NCBI GenBank assembly: GCA_958009085.1
Contig: OY253672.1
Span: 248,001 to 312,000 of the forward strand
Source: Protoeuglena noctilucae
Lineage: Eukaryota
Length of the DNA stretch: 64,000 nt
Reading direction: 5' to 3'
The notes under the pieces are model-generated. The model made no database searches, was not told the DNA's origin, and saw only the letters and a list, made by a program, of their open reading frames with translations. This document shows positions 22,756 through 35,300 of the stretch, in pieces. A program made the position numbers and the translations under genes. Positions within the stretch are counted from its first letter, which is position 1, and each line of letters starts with the position of its first letter.

Positions 22756-25700
22756 ATGGCAGAGGACGACGTTTTCCTGGCCCTCTATGGCGGCACGTCC
22801 GACGCATCTCGGCCGGGAGGCTTATCCGGCGCCGCAGCTCCCGGGCGGGCATCGGTGAGGGTGGCGCCGCGAAGACCCAGCGGAGCGACCGATCCCGCGA
22901 CCAGCGGGCTGCGTCGGGTCTCACAGTCACAATCTGCACTCGTAGTCGCGGCCAGTAGACTGCTGGAGATGCTGCGGCCAGCCCACGGGCTGCTTTCGTT
23001 CTCCATTTCCACCCCGGGCACCCCCGCCGCCGCCTTCGCTGCAGACCGCGACGGGTGGGAATGCCTCCCCATTCAACGCCTCTGAAGTACCGGGGATCGG
23101 CCCCATCGCTCCCGACCTGAGCGGGCGTCCATGGGACGGGCGCGGCCCCTTTTCAGGTGGGGAGGCAGCAGATCCGACGGTGCGCGGAGACTGCCCGGCC
23201 TCTGCGTGCAAGCCGTCGATTGATTGTCTCTCGCTGTGGCCATGGGCGCTTTGAGTGGATGCCATCGCCCTTTCAGAGCGGCTGCGGTTCTCCGCGCAGG
23301 GGGCCCTGGCCAACATGTGCCTGAGGACGGGCCATCGCCTTTCCGCACGCCTCAACCGCCTCGAAGCGACTACGGGCGTCCCGCCCCGCCGACTCCCGTG
23401 TCGAGCATGAAGGTGGGAACGGGGTCCACCCACAGCGCGTGCAGGGCGCGGAGCCCTCCCCGGCCTGCCTGCCAGGACCGCATCCCCTTCTCCGCAGAGC
23501 GACGACGACTTTCACGTCACAATGGACCCCGTCTCCGGTATCGCGCCCCCCGTCGGCTCGTTTCCTCGGGGGGGCCCGGGGGCTGGGCACGGGCCACAGG
23601 ACATGGGCCAGCGGCACGCCCAGAGCAGCAACATGGGGGCGCCCGGCGGCCCCCCAGCGCATGGGTGGGGCAGGGGCAGGCACGGTGGTCCAGGCCCGGG
23701 GGGCATGGGGGGTGGGTACGGCGGAGGAGGGTACGGCGGAGGGCGGGGCCGGGGTCGTTACGGGCTGGCGGGTCCGGAGCGCGAGCTGCAGAATGCGCGC
23801 CCGGCGGACCGCGACCGCCAACGCCACCGCTTCGTGCGGACGGACGACAAGGGCGGGGTGCGGCCGGTCGTGGAGGGTGTGGCGCCTGGGATGGAGGAGG
23901 TGGCGAAATGGCCGCAGGTGTGGCGCAGATGCATGCGCTGCGTGCGTGCGTGAGCGATGCGGAGGCGGTGAGGGAGAGGGCGGGCTGGGCGGGTGACGTC
24001 GGCCCCGTTGCTTGCGCAGGACGCCGGCCCGCAGGACTGGATCAAGATCCCTTGGCACTTCAAGGTGGATCCCCCCGAGTACAAGTCCTTCATGGACCTG
24101 GGCTTCGGAGACATCTTCGAGTTGGACATGGACCGCGTCATCCCTCAGCACCGGCTGTGGGACCAGGTCGGGGCCAACCCCTCCGACTTCTTCAACTTCG
24201 GGCTCAACCGGCACTCCTGGCTCGAGTACTGCGCCAGGATCCGCCTGTACCGCAAGACCTACCACCTCGACCGCGCCATCCGCATCGTGGACACGGGGCG
24301 CGAGCAGACCAAGGCGAGCAGGCCAGGGTCGTGCACCTCCCCGGCACTGGCGGCATGGCGCAGCTCATCCGTGAACCCTGCCGTGCCCCCAGGACCAGCC
24401 CCCGGAGCTCGAGTCAGGTGTGGTGGACCCCGCGTGGCTGCCCATGGAGCAGGTGCTGGTGGGCACCGACAGCGACCGGTGCGAGCAGCGGCAGGCGCGC
24501 CCACCGCGGCAGATGGACAACGCCGACCTCGTCGTCACCCTCGCCCAGGTGGGCGTCTGCCGGGGGGCGCCCCCGCCTTTGTGTCTGGGTCACCTCCAAG
24601 TCATCTTGTTGCTGGCGTCTCTCGCAGGGCAAGGATGTGGAGGAATGCTTCAATCCACTGCTAGACCCGCCCCAGGAGGCGGCGCAAGGGCAGGGCGGCG
24701 CGGGGGGTGACCCGGGCAACGCTGACGGCGCTGCTGGGGCCGCCCCTCTGGGTGCCGCCGCGTCGCCTGTCCCCGCCCCGCCCAAGCCGCCCCCCCCGCC
24801 CCCTGGAGCGTCCCGCAGCCGGGCGAAGCCGGGGCCGATGGGTGGGGCGCCAGGCGGGGTCGCCGGAATGGGGCCCTCGCCGATGATGATGGGGGTGGGG
24901 ATGATGCCCGGCATGGGGCCCCCGGGCATGGGGATGCAGCCCCCGCCGCCCCCGCCGAGGCCGCGGCCGCCGGGGGCCTCCGAGGGGGAGCCGGGTGCGG
25001 GCGCGGCGCCGAGGGACGCGGGAGAGGCGGGGGCGAGTGAACGTGGGGGCGCGGGGGCGGAGGCGGGGGTGGCTGCTGGGGGCGTGGATCTGCAGGCGCT
25101 GATGGAGCAGGCGATGGGCGCCCAGAGGCAGGGCCCGGAGATGCGCGCGGCGCTGCTGAAGCAGCTCGGCTCCATGTCCGGCATGGACCCAGAGGTGGTG
25201 CAGCGCATGATGCGGATGCTGCAGGCGATGGACGAAGGTGAGCGGGGAGGGGGAGGCGTGGCTTGGATTGGCCTCGCTCTCGGCTCGGCAATCTCCCGGC
25301 TTCTGCCCCCTCGCAGACGAGGCGCGGCGGGCCAGGGACGACCGGGACGCTCGCCGCCCGCGCCGCCGCTCGCGGACCCGCTCCCGGTCGCGGTCTCCAA
25401 GCCCGGACGGCGGGCGTCGTGGGCGGGGGAGTGCGCCCGGGAGGGCACCGGAGTGGGAGCGCCGGGACTGGGGTGGCCACCGCGGCGAGTTCCGGGATCG
25501 GGAGGGCGACCGCGACCGGGACCGAGACCGTGATCGGGACCGGGACAGGGACCGAGATCGGGACCGAGACCGGGATAGGTGGAGGGAACGGGACAGGCAC
25601 AGCATGGAGAGGGGTAGGGACAGGGACCGAGATCGGGACAGGGACGCAGACAGTCGGGGCCGGGGGAGGGCGCCAGACGGGAGGTACGGTGGATGGCGGG

Positions 25701-25780
25701 AAGGGCGTCGGGACTCGTCGCCGCACCGGGGAAGGTCGCGGTCACCGCCGCGAGGGACCGGCGACCGCAGGTACCGCTAG
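22756..25780 (+). CDS. FIP1: Pre-mRNA 3'-end processing factor FIP1-like
   Basis: Acidic N-terminus MAEDDVFLALYG; SDDDFHVTMD; Fip1 motif IFELDMD..W...GANPSDFFNFGLNRHSWLEYC; Pro-rich region; RS/RD-rich C-terminus. Confidence 0.85.
25497..25650 (+). repeat. Coding hexamer repeat (GACCGN / GACAGG) encoding an Arg-Asp dipeptide tract in FIP1
   Basis: gaccgcgaccgggaccgagaccgtgatcgggaccgggacagggaccgagatcgg... Confidence 0.9.
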
Positions 25781-25898
25781 GGTGGATTGCAGTGGCAGCG
25801 GTAGCAGCGGCATCAGCGTCGGGTTTTGAATTGCAGCTGTCACGGGCTATCACCTTCTCCTTCAGAACTTTGCCCTGCCAGCCCTACCTCCCGTCGTC

Positions 25899-27535
25899 TC
25901 ACCGCCCCTCCGCCCCCCGCAAGGCCTGCAGCGACTCCTCTCCGTCGCGAAAGGACGTCCACAGCCTGACCTCCTTGCCCAGGGCAACGCCCGCGGCCTG
26001 CATGCAGCGGGGACCGCACGTCGCCCCGCCCCTAAGGACGACTGGACCACCGCCCTCGCGCTCCCGCATCGCCCCCCGCTGCCCCGCACCTGCGTGACCG
26101 CCCCCAGCGCCGCCAGCCGCGAGTCCCCGAACCGCGCCGCCACGATCCGCTCCGCGTCGCCCATGAAGTCGAAGGGCAGCGACGACCGCGCCCGGTGCGG
26201 CGACAGCACCACGTCCTCGGCGTGGGGGGCACTCTCGTCGGGGAGCACCCCCTGCCCGCACCCCTCCACGGCCCCCGCGCACGCGCGGTACGCGTCGCGG
26301 CACGCCCCGACGATGTCCTGCTGCAGCGACAGCAGCGTCACGCTGACCCACCCGTTGTGCATGGCCCACGCGTCGGACGCCGGCGTCTCGTCAAAAACCA
26401 GCTTCCCGTAGCGCTTCCGGAACACGCGCGGGGCCCCGCCGGCCCCCGCCACCCCGGACGACGCCCGCGCCCCTTCCTGCGCGCTCCCCCGCCCCGACTC
26501 GCCCCCCTCGGGCGTCGGCGGCGCCCCGCCCCCCTGGTACAGGTCCACCTCCTTCTCCAGGGCCTCCTCGGACGAGGCAAGGGCTTGGGCCTCCGCGCCC
26601 TGCACCTCGCTCCAGTGGATCATGAGCGTGCTCAGACCCTGATACGTCACGAACAGGCCCTGCGCATGGGGCGGGCACGCGTCGGCGCAGACGCAGTCGG
26701 CCTCGGCTCGCGCTCTCTCCTGCGGCGCGCCCGCACCTTGGTGTCCTCGAGGCTGCGCATCGGGAAGTTCACGTTGATGACCGTTCCGCGCAGGCTCTGG
26801 AGGGCTGCGGCCTGCTCGTAGGGGCGGAGGCCGGGCAGCGGCAGCAGGCCCAGGACGGCACGGATGAGAGCCGCCGCGATGGTCGCCGCGTGGCGGTAGT
26901 CGGGCGGGCCCCGGTAGTTGTCGAGGGAGAGGGCCAGCGCAGGGATCCCCAGCATCGCCCCCTCTCGCGCCGCCCCGACCGTCCCGCTGTACACCACGTG
27001 CATGCCGCAGTTGTCGCCTCGGTTGATTCCGCTCACGATGAGGTCGAACGTCCGGCCCCCAAAGAGGTTGCTGCGCGCCAGTGGCAGTTTGGCACTTTCC
27101 GCAGCCTGCCCTGGCCGCAAAGTGGCTTGCCAGCGACGACACAGCACCCCACCTGTTCAGTGCAAGCATGGCGGAGTCTGCCGGCGACCCGTCAGTGGTA
27201 AAGGCGCCGCCATCGACCGCTCCTTCGACGTTCCAGGGCTTAACCGTCAGCGGCAGCCCGAGCGTGATCTTGCTACTCTGCGCGCTCCTCTCCCCGTCCG
27301 GAGCCGACACGTAGATGTCGCAGAAGTCCATCGCCGACACAACGGCCACGAGCTGCCTCAGGCCCGGAGCCTGAGGGCCAAACGAGGGCGATTCGGCCTC
27401 GGGCAACTCGGCCTCGCATGCAGACATGCCCGGGCGCCCGGCGGCTGCCTAGCACCGCTGACGCACCTCAATGCCGTCATCATTGGTAACGAGGATGCAG
27501 GGGCGGATCGCGGGTCTTGCGGCGCCTGGCGCCAT
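25899..27535 (-). CDS. surE: SurE-family 5'/3'-nucleotidase/phosphatase
   Basis: ILVTNDDGI, VSAPDGERSAQS, DGSPADS, DLIVSGINRGDNCGMHVVYSGTVGAAREG, INVNFP, SDAWAMHNGWVSVT. Confidence 0.92.
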
Positions 27536-28370
27536 CGTGTTGATGCGGGGAAGGGCTACGGGAGGGCGGGCAACGCAGCGGCAGGGAGTCTCCAGGAGCA
27601 GACCCCTGTATATCCCAGCGAGCAGAGGACGGAGTCTCGGGCCCCAAAATTACGCGCAACACAAGGTGTCGTGCCTGGGAAGCACTTGTGACCAGGCCGA
27701 TGGCTACAGCCTCCTTACTGGCACACAGAGGATGCAAAGACAACGCTGGTTCGCAGGCTAGGATCGAATAGCGCGTCCAGGCCAAGAAAAGCTCTCGCTC
27801 CGGCACGCGGCGCCAGAATGCGCCATGGTGCGCAAGAGAGGCCGCCCTCAGATTGCGCGTCTCTTCGGATGTCATGCCAGTCAGCGTGTGGCACCGGGTG
27901 TCCGTTCTCTGTTGAGGGCCACCATTGTTGCAAGGGCCCACCATTTGCCGCTCTGTGCTGGCCCCTTGCCTGCAATTGCATGTACCCCTGCCAGGGACTG
28001 CGAGCAGATTAGCGCTTGGTCCTGTCTGACAAGGCTCGTTCCGCGCGTGACGATCGCCACTCCGTCGCGCTCGCTGTCCAGGAGCGGGCGCCCCCGCGAG
28101 CCGGCAGCCCGCCGCTGCGGAACCAAGGCGCGTTACAGGCTGGCTTTCATCGTCAGCGCATCTTCATATCACATCAAACAGATTCGTCTCTTGTCTTGTG
28201 GCCCCTGCCCATCAGCTCGTCGCGTGGAGCTTCTCGTTGGCGGCACACGCTGGGTCCTCTCTTTGCTCCGTCTTGCCCCCCACCAGAGCCATGCAGGCGG
28301 CGATGTAATCTTGTGCTTATCTGCGACCGCTCGCAGCTTGGGGGACTCTTCCTGGGGTCCTGGGGGTGTC

Positions 28371-29883
28371 ATGGCGGATGCGGCGGGGCAGGCGGAGGTG
28401 GAATTCGAGGACCTCGGCCACGGGGCGCCCTTCCTGGCGCATATGGCGGCTGGGGCACTCGCAGGCGAGATCTGATGCGATGGTGGGGCGATTCGGGAAG
28501 CCGTGGGATGAGGGGGCTGTGGGTCCCAAGCTCTGCTCATCTCTCTTTTCTCCCAGGTGTCACTGAGCACTGCGTGATGTTCCCCGTGGACACGATTAAG
28601 ACGCGGCGGCAGGTGGCATCGGCGTCGGGGCCCAGCCCGTTCAGCGCCCCCAGCACCAGCGGTCGGCACGAGGGGCAGGCGCATGGGCTGTGCCGGACTC
28701 CAGCCCCCACGTCAGCCGCGATGCGGTGAGGGCGGCGCGCGCGGTATCACGCGAACTTTTCCGAAAGAGACTGGCCTAGATGAGCTCATTGACGCCGCAG
28801 AAGATCTGACATTGCCGTGCCGCTACGCTACGCCCTTCCCAGGTCCGTGGGGCAGGGGGCAAGCGTGCGGCCGCCCGTGCTGGTGCTGCCCAGGAAGGTG
28901 GGCTACCTCCCCCACGCCAGTCTGCTCGGCGTCATCAACAGCCAGGGCTGGCGGGGAGTTCTGCGCCTGTACAAGGGGGTGGGGGCGGCTGCGGCGGGGG
29001 CGGGGCCAGCCCACGCCGTCTACTTCTCCGTCTACGAGGCCGTCAAGGCGAGGGGCGCTCGTCAGCATGCGATGAGTGATGATTGATCTTGGCCTCATCA
29101 CACCGCCCCTGCGCTGTCGCAGGCGGGCATTGTGGGCGAGGACGGGGACGAGGCGCCCCAGCCGCACCCCGTGGGGACGATCGCGGCGAGCGCGTGTGCC
29201 ACGGTCATCAGCGATGGTCTCATGACGCCCGCAGACGTGATCAAGCAGCGGCTGCAGGTGGGTCGACCGTACACATTTGCCGTGGATGGCAGCCACGTGG
29301 CCTTCGCTCCTCCGCGGTGGTTAACGACGGTGCCCGTGCCCTCTGCAGGTGTGCAACAGTCCGTACAAGGGCGTGGTGGACTGCGCCGTCAAGCTCCTAC
29401 GGTACGAGGGCCCCTCGGCCTTCTACCGGTCCTACTCCACCACGCTGCTCATGAACCTGCCCTTCGCGGCCGTCAACTTCGGGGTCTACGACCTGTGCAA
29501 GAGCACGGTCATGGCCACCACCGACGCCCCACCCGTCGCGGTGCACCTCGTGTCGGGGGCCGTGGCAGGGGGGTGCGCGGCCGCTGCCACGACGCCCATG
29601 GACGTCATCAAGGCGAGCAAAGGGCCGTGCTGCGGTGGGCGGATCCCCGGGGGCCGAGCGCCGCCTCTTCCACGAGATTGCGCCGCCACCGTGGCCCTGC
29701 CCGCAGACGCGTCTGCAGACGGAGGCGGTGGAGCGCAAGCCCATGGCGGTGCTGCGGTCCCTCTTACGCCAGGGCGGGGCCCGCGCCCTCTTCCTGGGCG
29801 TGGGGCCCCGCGTGTGGTTCCACGTCCCCGCCGTGGCCATCTGCTGGGCCACGTACGAGGCCTGCAAGTCCCTGCTCCTCTGA
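28371..29883 (+). CDS. Mitochondrial carrier, mitoferrin-like
   Basis: [92 protein letters not shown]. Confidence 0.92.
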
Positions 29884-30071
29884 CGCAGCCGATACGTCGG
29901 GCCGACAGGGCGCGCCCGTTGCGTGGACATGCAACCATCTGACTCGATGCATGGTTCTGCCTGTCCGTCCCTGGGGCACCGCCCTCTGCGTCTCTGACCT
30001 TGCATCCACTTTCCCGCACTGCGCCCGGTGCGCTTCTCCCGCCATGCAATTCAAACAAATTCCCCTCCGTG

Positions 30072-32119
30072 TCATTCTCGCCCATCGCCTCGCCCCCACC
30101 TCTCCCAGTACTGCCCCATCTCTTCGTCCGTGAGCAGCGCCTCGTCCAGCGCTGCCACGATGGCCGCCTCGTCCATGCCCTGCCCGATGAAGATGACCTC
30201 CTGCCGCCTGTCACCGACCCGAGAATCCCCCGCGTCAAAGTCTGCGCCGGGGGGCGGCTGTTGGCGTCCAACGCCACAGATCCACACATGCTCTGCACGG
30301 CCTGGCCCCTCCCTGGACCCTGCTCACCTCGGAGGATGGCCTCCCGGTCCCCGTGCCCCTTGGGCCACTCGTCCGCCGGCACCTCGCTCCACCAGTCGCC
30401 CTCCTCCCTCACTTCGAAGTGCTGCCCCGCATGCGACCAGTAGTAGGCCAGGCGGTGGCTGGAGGACATCCACACGAACCCCTTGGACCGTATCACCTTC
30501 CTGCGCCCAGGCTGAACGCGTTGGACGGGTCGGGCACGGCGCTGCGCCGTGGGCTCCCTGCCATCGCACGCACGCTGGTCGCACCTGAGGGGCGTGTCTG
30601 TCCCTGACGGGGCACCCCTGGGGATCTCAGAGGAAGCGGACGTCGACGCCGCGGCGGGAATCCACTTCAGGACGGTCGCCCTCAGACGCTGCGGGCACGA
30701 TAGAGGAACACCGCTCCAGCCACCTACTACCCGCCAGCTCACGTCACCGCCGTGTGTGCAAAGAGCTGCTCGTCTCGCCTGGGGATGGAATGGCCGCCGC
30801 CGGCAGTAAACGAATGTCGTGATGCCGTACTTGGAGCTGGCGGTGGTGTCCTGCCGTGACCGCTGGGCTTGGCAGTCCGGCCCGTGGGCGTGGTCACGCG
30901 TGCAGGGCTGCGGTTGGTCCCCTCGTCCACTGCTCGACCCGGGCAGCGCCCCGATGCTGTGGTGCATGGCGGCCTCCAAAGCCCCCCTGCTTGGGCAGAA
31001 GAGGGAGAGGAACTTTTGCGAGGCAGTCGCAGGGGCTGAGGGCCCCAAGTGCCATCGACCATTACCTGTGCGTGCCCTCGATGGTCAGCCGCGCCATAAG
31101 GCTCTGTTCCCGCGTGCCCAGGACGGTCGGGACGTCCACGGCCCCCCACTTGGCCAGCACCACGCGCGCGAGGGGGTTCAGGGACGCCACGACCTGGCCC
31201 AGGGAAGCGGCCTTGCCCTCCGGCAGCAGGTCGGCCTTGTTGACCACGACCACGTCCGCGCACTCAACCTGCTCCACCAGGAGGTCCACCACGGGGCGCA
31301 GGCCGCCCCCGTCCCCCAGGTCGGGGCGGGTAGCCAGGGGCAGCCGCGAGGCAAAGTCCTTGGCGAACGTGGAGCCGTCCACGACCGTCACGAGGTTGGC
31401 GAGGGCCACCCTGCCCGCCACGGCCCGCCGCGCCGCATCCGGGGACTGGCGCGCGTCCTGGAAAAGGTCGCGGATGTTGCGGGGCTCGGCCACGCCCGAG
31501 TTCTCCAGGACGATGGCGTCGAAAGGCTTCCCGCGGCGGTCGGAGAGCGTCAGCATCTGGCGGAAGGAGTCGAAGAGCTCGTCCTGGATGCTGCAGCAGG
31601 CGCACCCGTTGGACAGCTCGAGCGTATCAGCGAGGTCGGACGTCGACCGCACTGAGGGGTCTTCCTGCCCCGAGCCCCGCGTGATGCCGGCCGCGCTCTG
31701 GGAGCGGATGAGCTTCGCGTCGATATTGATCTGGGCGACGTCGTTCACGATGCAACCGATCGAGCGGTCGGCGTTCTGCGGGCGAGGTGGGCGATGCGTC
31801 TGTCCTCGTCGGCCTGCAGGAGGTCGATGCGTGGGCAATATCCATTGCGCTACGTCACCTGCAGGAGGTGCCTCAACAAGGTCGTCTTCCCCGCCCCGAG
31901 GAACCCCGACAGCATCACGACAGGCACGGGGGCCTGGTCCCCGGCCCCCACCTCCGGCACCGTCATCGTCATCGCGTTTGCCTTCCCTTCCATGCCTCCC
32001 CTTCCGAGCCTCCATGCAAGTCGCCGCGCGGCAAGGCCTGGTGAGGCGGGGATGGTGCAGCGCACCAGCTGTGCCACTGCCAGCCCATGTTTCCTCCCAA
32101 GTTGAGCGCCCGCAGCCAT
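30072..32119 (-). CDS. CobW/COG0523 (G3E) metallochaperone GTPase with CobW_C domain
   Basis: VVMLSGFLGAGKTT, IVNDVAQINID, ELSNGCACC (CxCC), ENSGVAEP, EQVECADVVVVNKAD, RRPFHPQR, IRSKGFVW, GDRRQEVIFIG; start uncertain (31993-32119). Confidence 0.9.
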
Positions 32120-32328
32120 CAGCTGTCCAGTTCCCCATCTCTGATCGAGCACAAGAGCTGGCTGGCCGATCCATCAGCGCCACTGCGCGCAGCATCAAGC
32201 TGCGTGGCGGAGCTGCAGCTAGGATCGGTGCCTTTGCTGCGGTGGTGGGTCTGGCCTGTCGCCGCTTCGCAGGAGCTGGAGGGCTTTGGGCTGGGCCCCG
32301 TCTCAGCGCAGGAGGAGGAGCAGGCACG

Positions 32329-35300
32329 ATGGATATCAGGAATTTCTTCAACAAACCGTCAGGAGGAAAGGCTGGAGCGTCGCTGGAGCAGAAGTCGGCT
32401 TCAAACACGGATGGGGAGAAGAAGCCGCAGGTTGGTAGGCCAGCATTGGGGCCCACCTCGGGATGCGCCCTCTGTGCACGCCGCGTGCCCAGGACGCACC
32501 ATCTGCACTCGGCACGTCTGCGCAGGCCGCCGGACCAAAAGTACCAGCAACCGAAGTGAAGGCGGAGGCGAAAACCGGGGCGTCGCCCGTCGGCGGGCAC
32601 GCGCAAAAGCCATCGTCCACGTCCCAGACCCGTGCCGCCCCGGCCGGCGCCGATTCGCAGGTGGGGCGCCGCCTTCTTGTCCAAGCAACCTGTCGATATG
32701 ATTGCGGTGCATTTCGTGTGCGAACGCGCCTCTTGTCGGGCGACTGGGCACGCCTGGGAGTGTCGATGTCCGCGTCTCTGTTTGACCCCTTGGGCAGAAA
32801 CCGACGAAGCCTCGGAAGACCTTCGTGGTTTTGGAGGACTCGGATGACTCGGATGATGTGATGGAGGTGGTGCCCAAGGCCTCTGGGAAGCGGCAGGCTC
32901 AGGGGTCGAGCGCTGCACCGAAGAAGGGGACCCCTCAAGTGAGAGTCTGCCCTACCCCGAGGGGACCCCGAGCTGCTTGGCAGGTGCTGGCATCGGCCGC
33001 AAGCAGGGCGACGGCATGATGCAGCGACCTCGGCTACCTCGCCTTGGTGCTGCAGAAGAAGCGCCAGGTCGGCATGGACGAGGACGACTCGGACTGGGAG
33101 GCGCCTGGGGGCGAGGGCGCAGACTCAGAAGACGAGGGGCTCGCGGGCGGACGGCCCCAGAAGAAAGCGCGAGGCGGCAAGTCGCCCGGGAAGGGCAAGT
33201 CCCCTGGGCTGTCGGCCAGGGGCGCGGGGCCAGGGAAGGGCAAGGTGTCGGCGAAGGAGCTCCGGGAGCAGCTGACGGACACCGTGAACGGGCCGGCCGC
33301 CCTGGAGGCGACGGCGAGGGCCGTGGCGCGCTTGCCCCCCGATGACGAGGCGAGGGCCGGGTGGGAGGGGCACGAGGGCGGGTGCGATGGGCGCCGTCCA
33401 CGCCATGCGCTCGCGCGTCGTTCGCCCGCAGGTGCGGTTCACGCTAGTGGTGAGCGACTTGCCCGGCTGGCAGCCGATGGCCGGGGAGCAGGTGCCGCCG
33501 CGCGCGGGGCAGAAGGAGGCCCCGTCCGGCCACCCCGACTGCCTGAACGGCCTCACCTTCGTCATCAGGTGCGGTGGAGGGATCCTGACATCGCAGCGGC
33601 TGCGACCTGCATGGTGTGCGTCGAGACTCACCGGCGTTTCTTTTGCCCCGCAGTGGAATCCTGGACAGCCTCTACCGCGATCAGGCGGAGGCCCTCATCC
33701 AGTCCCACGGCGGCCGCGTGACCAAGGCCGTGTCGGGCCGCACGAACTTCCTGCTCGTTGGCACGGAGGCGGGCAAGTCCAAGGTCCAGGCGGCCAAGGT
33801 GAGGCGGCAGCTAAGCGACGACAGCACACACAGGGGGGAGCGGACGAGCGGACACGGGGTTTTGGACCTAAGGCATGCGTTACGTGAGCAGCAGCGGGAG
33901 CGGCCGCCCGCCTCTTTTGCAGGACAAGGACGTGCGCCTGATTGACGAGGATGGCCTGTTCAGCCTCATCCAGGCATCGTCGCACCTCGTGGCAAAGGCA
34001 GCACCCCCCGCTGCCCATGGGGGGCGGGCGACGGCAGCCGAGGACCACCGGCGAGTGCATGCGGAGGTGGCTGGCTCTGTGCGTCGCTGCCGTAGGGGCT
34101 GGGGTCGATGGGGCAGCACCCTTACCTCTCCCGCAGTGCCGAGGCGCGTTCCCAGCCGACCCAGTCGCAGCCGCCGGCAGGGCCCAAGGGCACGGGCGGG
34201 GACGAGCTGTGGGTGGAGAAGTGGAAGCCAAAGGTGAGACTCCCAGTGCAGGCGCAGGGGGTGACCACCTGGTGACCGTGTCAGGCCACGTTGCGATGGA
34301 GGTACTCGCCAGGCATGCGCAGCGGAACTTACGAGCACCGTCCCGCGTCCTCCCCGCCTCCCCCGCAGCGCCCCTCGGACCTGGTGGGCAACGCCCTGCA
34401 CGCGCGGACTCTCGAGGTCTTCCTGCGGCAGTGGGACGCGGTGCACCTGCATGGTCGTCCTCCCGCTCCCGTGTCGGGCACGGCCAAGCACCTTGACCTG
34501 ACGAAGAAGGCGGTGCTGCTGTCGGGGTCGCCCGGGGTGGGCAAGACCAGCGCGGCGCGGCTGGTGGCCGAGGCGTGCGGGTTCCGGGTGGTGGAGGTGA
34601 ACGCCAGCGACACGCGCAACCAGTCGGACAAGAGCGCCCAGAAGGGCATCAACAGCAAGCTCTCCAACATCGTCAAGGAGCTCGCCACCAACCGAGGTGA
34701 GGGGAGGGGCGGCGGTGCTGATAAGCGATGCTAGCGCATGAGTGGCAGCCACCGCTATCGTCGACGTCGCTCCCAGCCATCGGGAACAAGCCCGTGTGCC
34801 TGGTGATGGACGAGGTGGACGGCATGAGCGCCGGGGACCGTGGCGGCGTGGCAGATTTGATTAAAACCATCCAGGCGTCCAAGATCCCCATCGTGTGCAT
34901 CTGCAACGACAAGTACGCGCAGAAGCTGCGATCCCTGCGCAACCACACCCTGGAGGTGAGGGGAGGGGCTGGGCCGACGCTAGGGGCCATCGCATGCATC
35001 GCTCACGCGAGGGATGCGCGCTCCTTGTCCCTATGCATGTACCAGTATCGTTTGTCCGTGCGCTGTGCAGTTGGACTTCCGCCGTCCGACCAAGGACCAG
35101 GTGGCCAAGCGGCTGGTGGAGGTGTGCCAGCACGAGGGCCTAACGACCAACCAGGCGGCGCTGATGGCCCTGGCGGAGATGACCAACGGGGACATTCGCA
35201 TGGCGCTGGGGCACCTGCAGATGGTGCGGCTGCGGTCCAACCGGCTCACCTTCGACGACCTCAAGAAGGCGAGGAAGGGCCACCATGCCCAGCGCTGGCC

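Noticed and set aside
25497..25650. Regular short repeats resembling a repeat array or CRISPR
   Set aside because: Coding RD dipeptide repeat with no spacers
23224..25853. Very long overlapping ORFs (769, 479, 358 aa) on both strands
   Set aside because: They are shadow frames of the GC-rich, repetitive FIP1 gene; stop codons are rare at this composition
27540..28370. ORFs in the SurE-mitoferrin intergenic region
   Set aside because: No homology cues; consistent with promoter or 5' UTR sequence
30856..32918. 567-aa and 618-aa ORFs suggesting a CobW-RFC1 overlap or fusion
   Set aside because: They read through introns and the antisense strand; the conserved motifs resolve into two divergent genes
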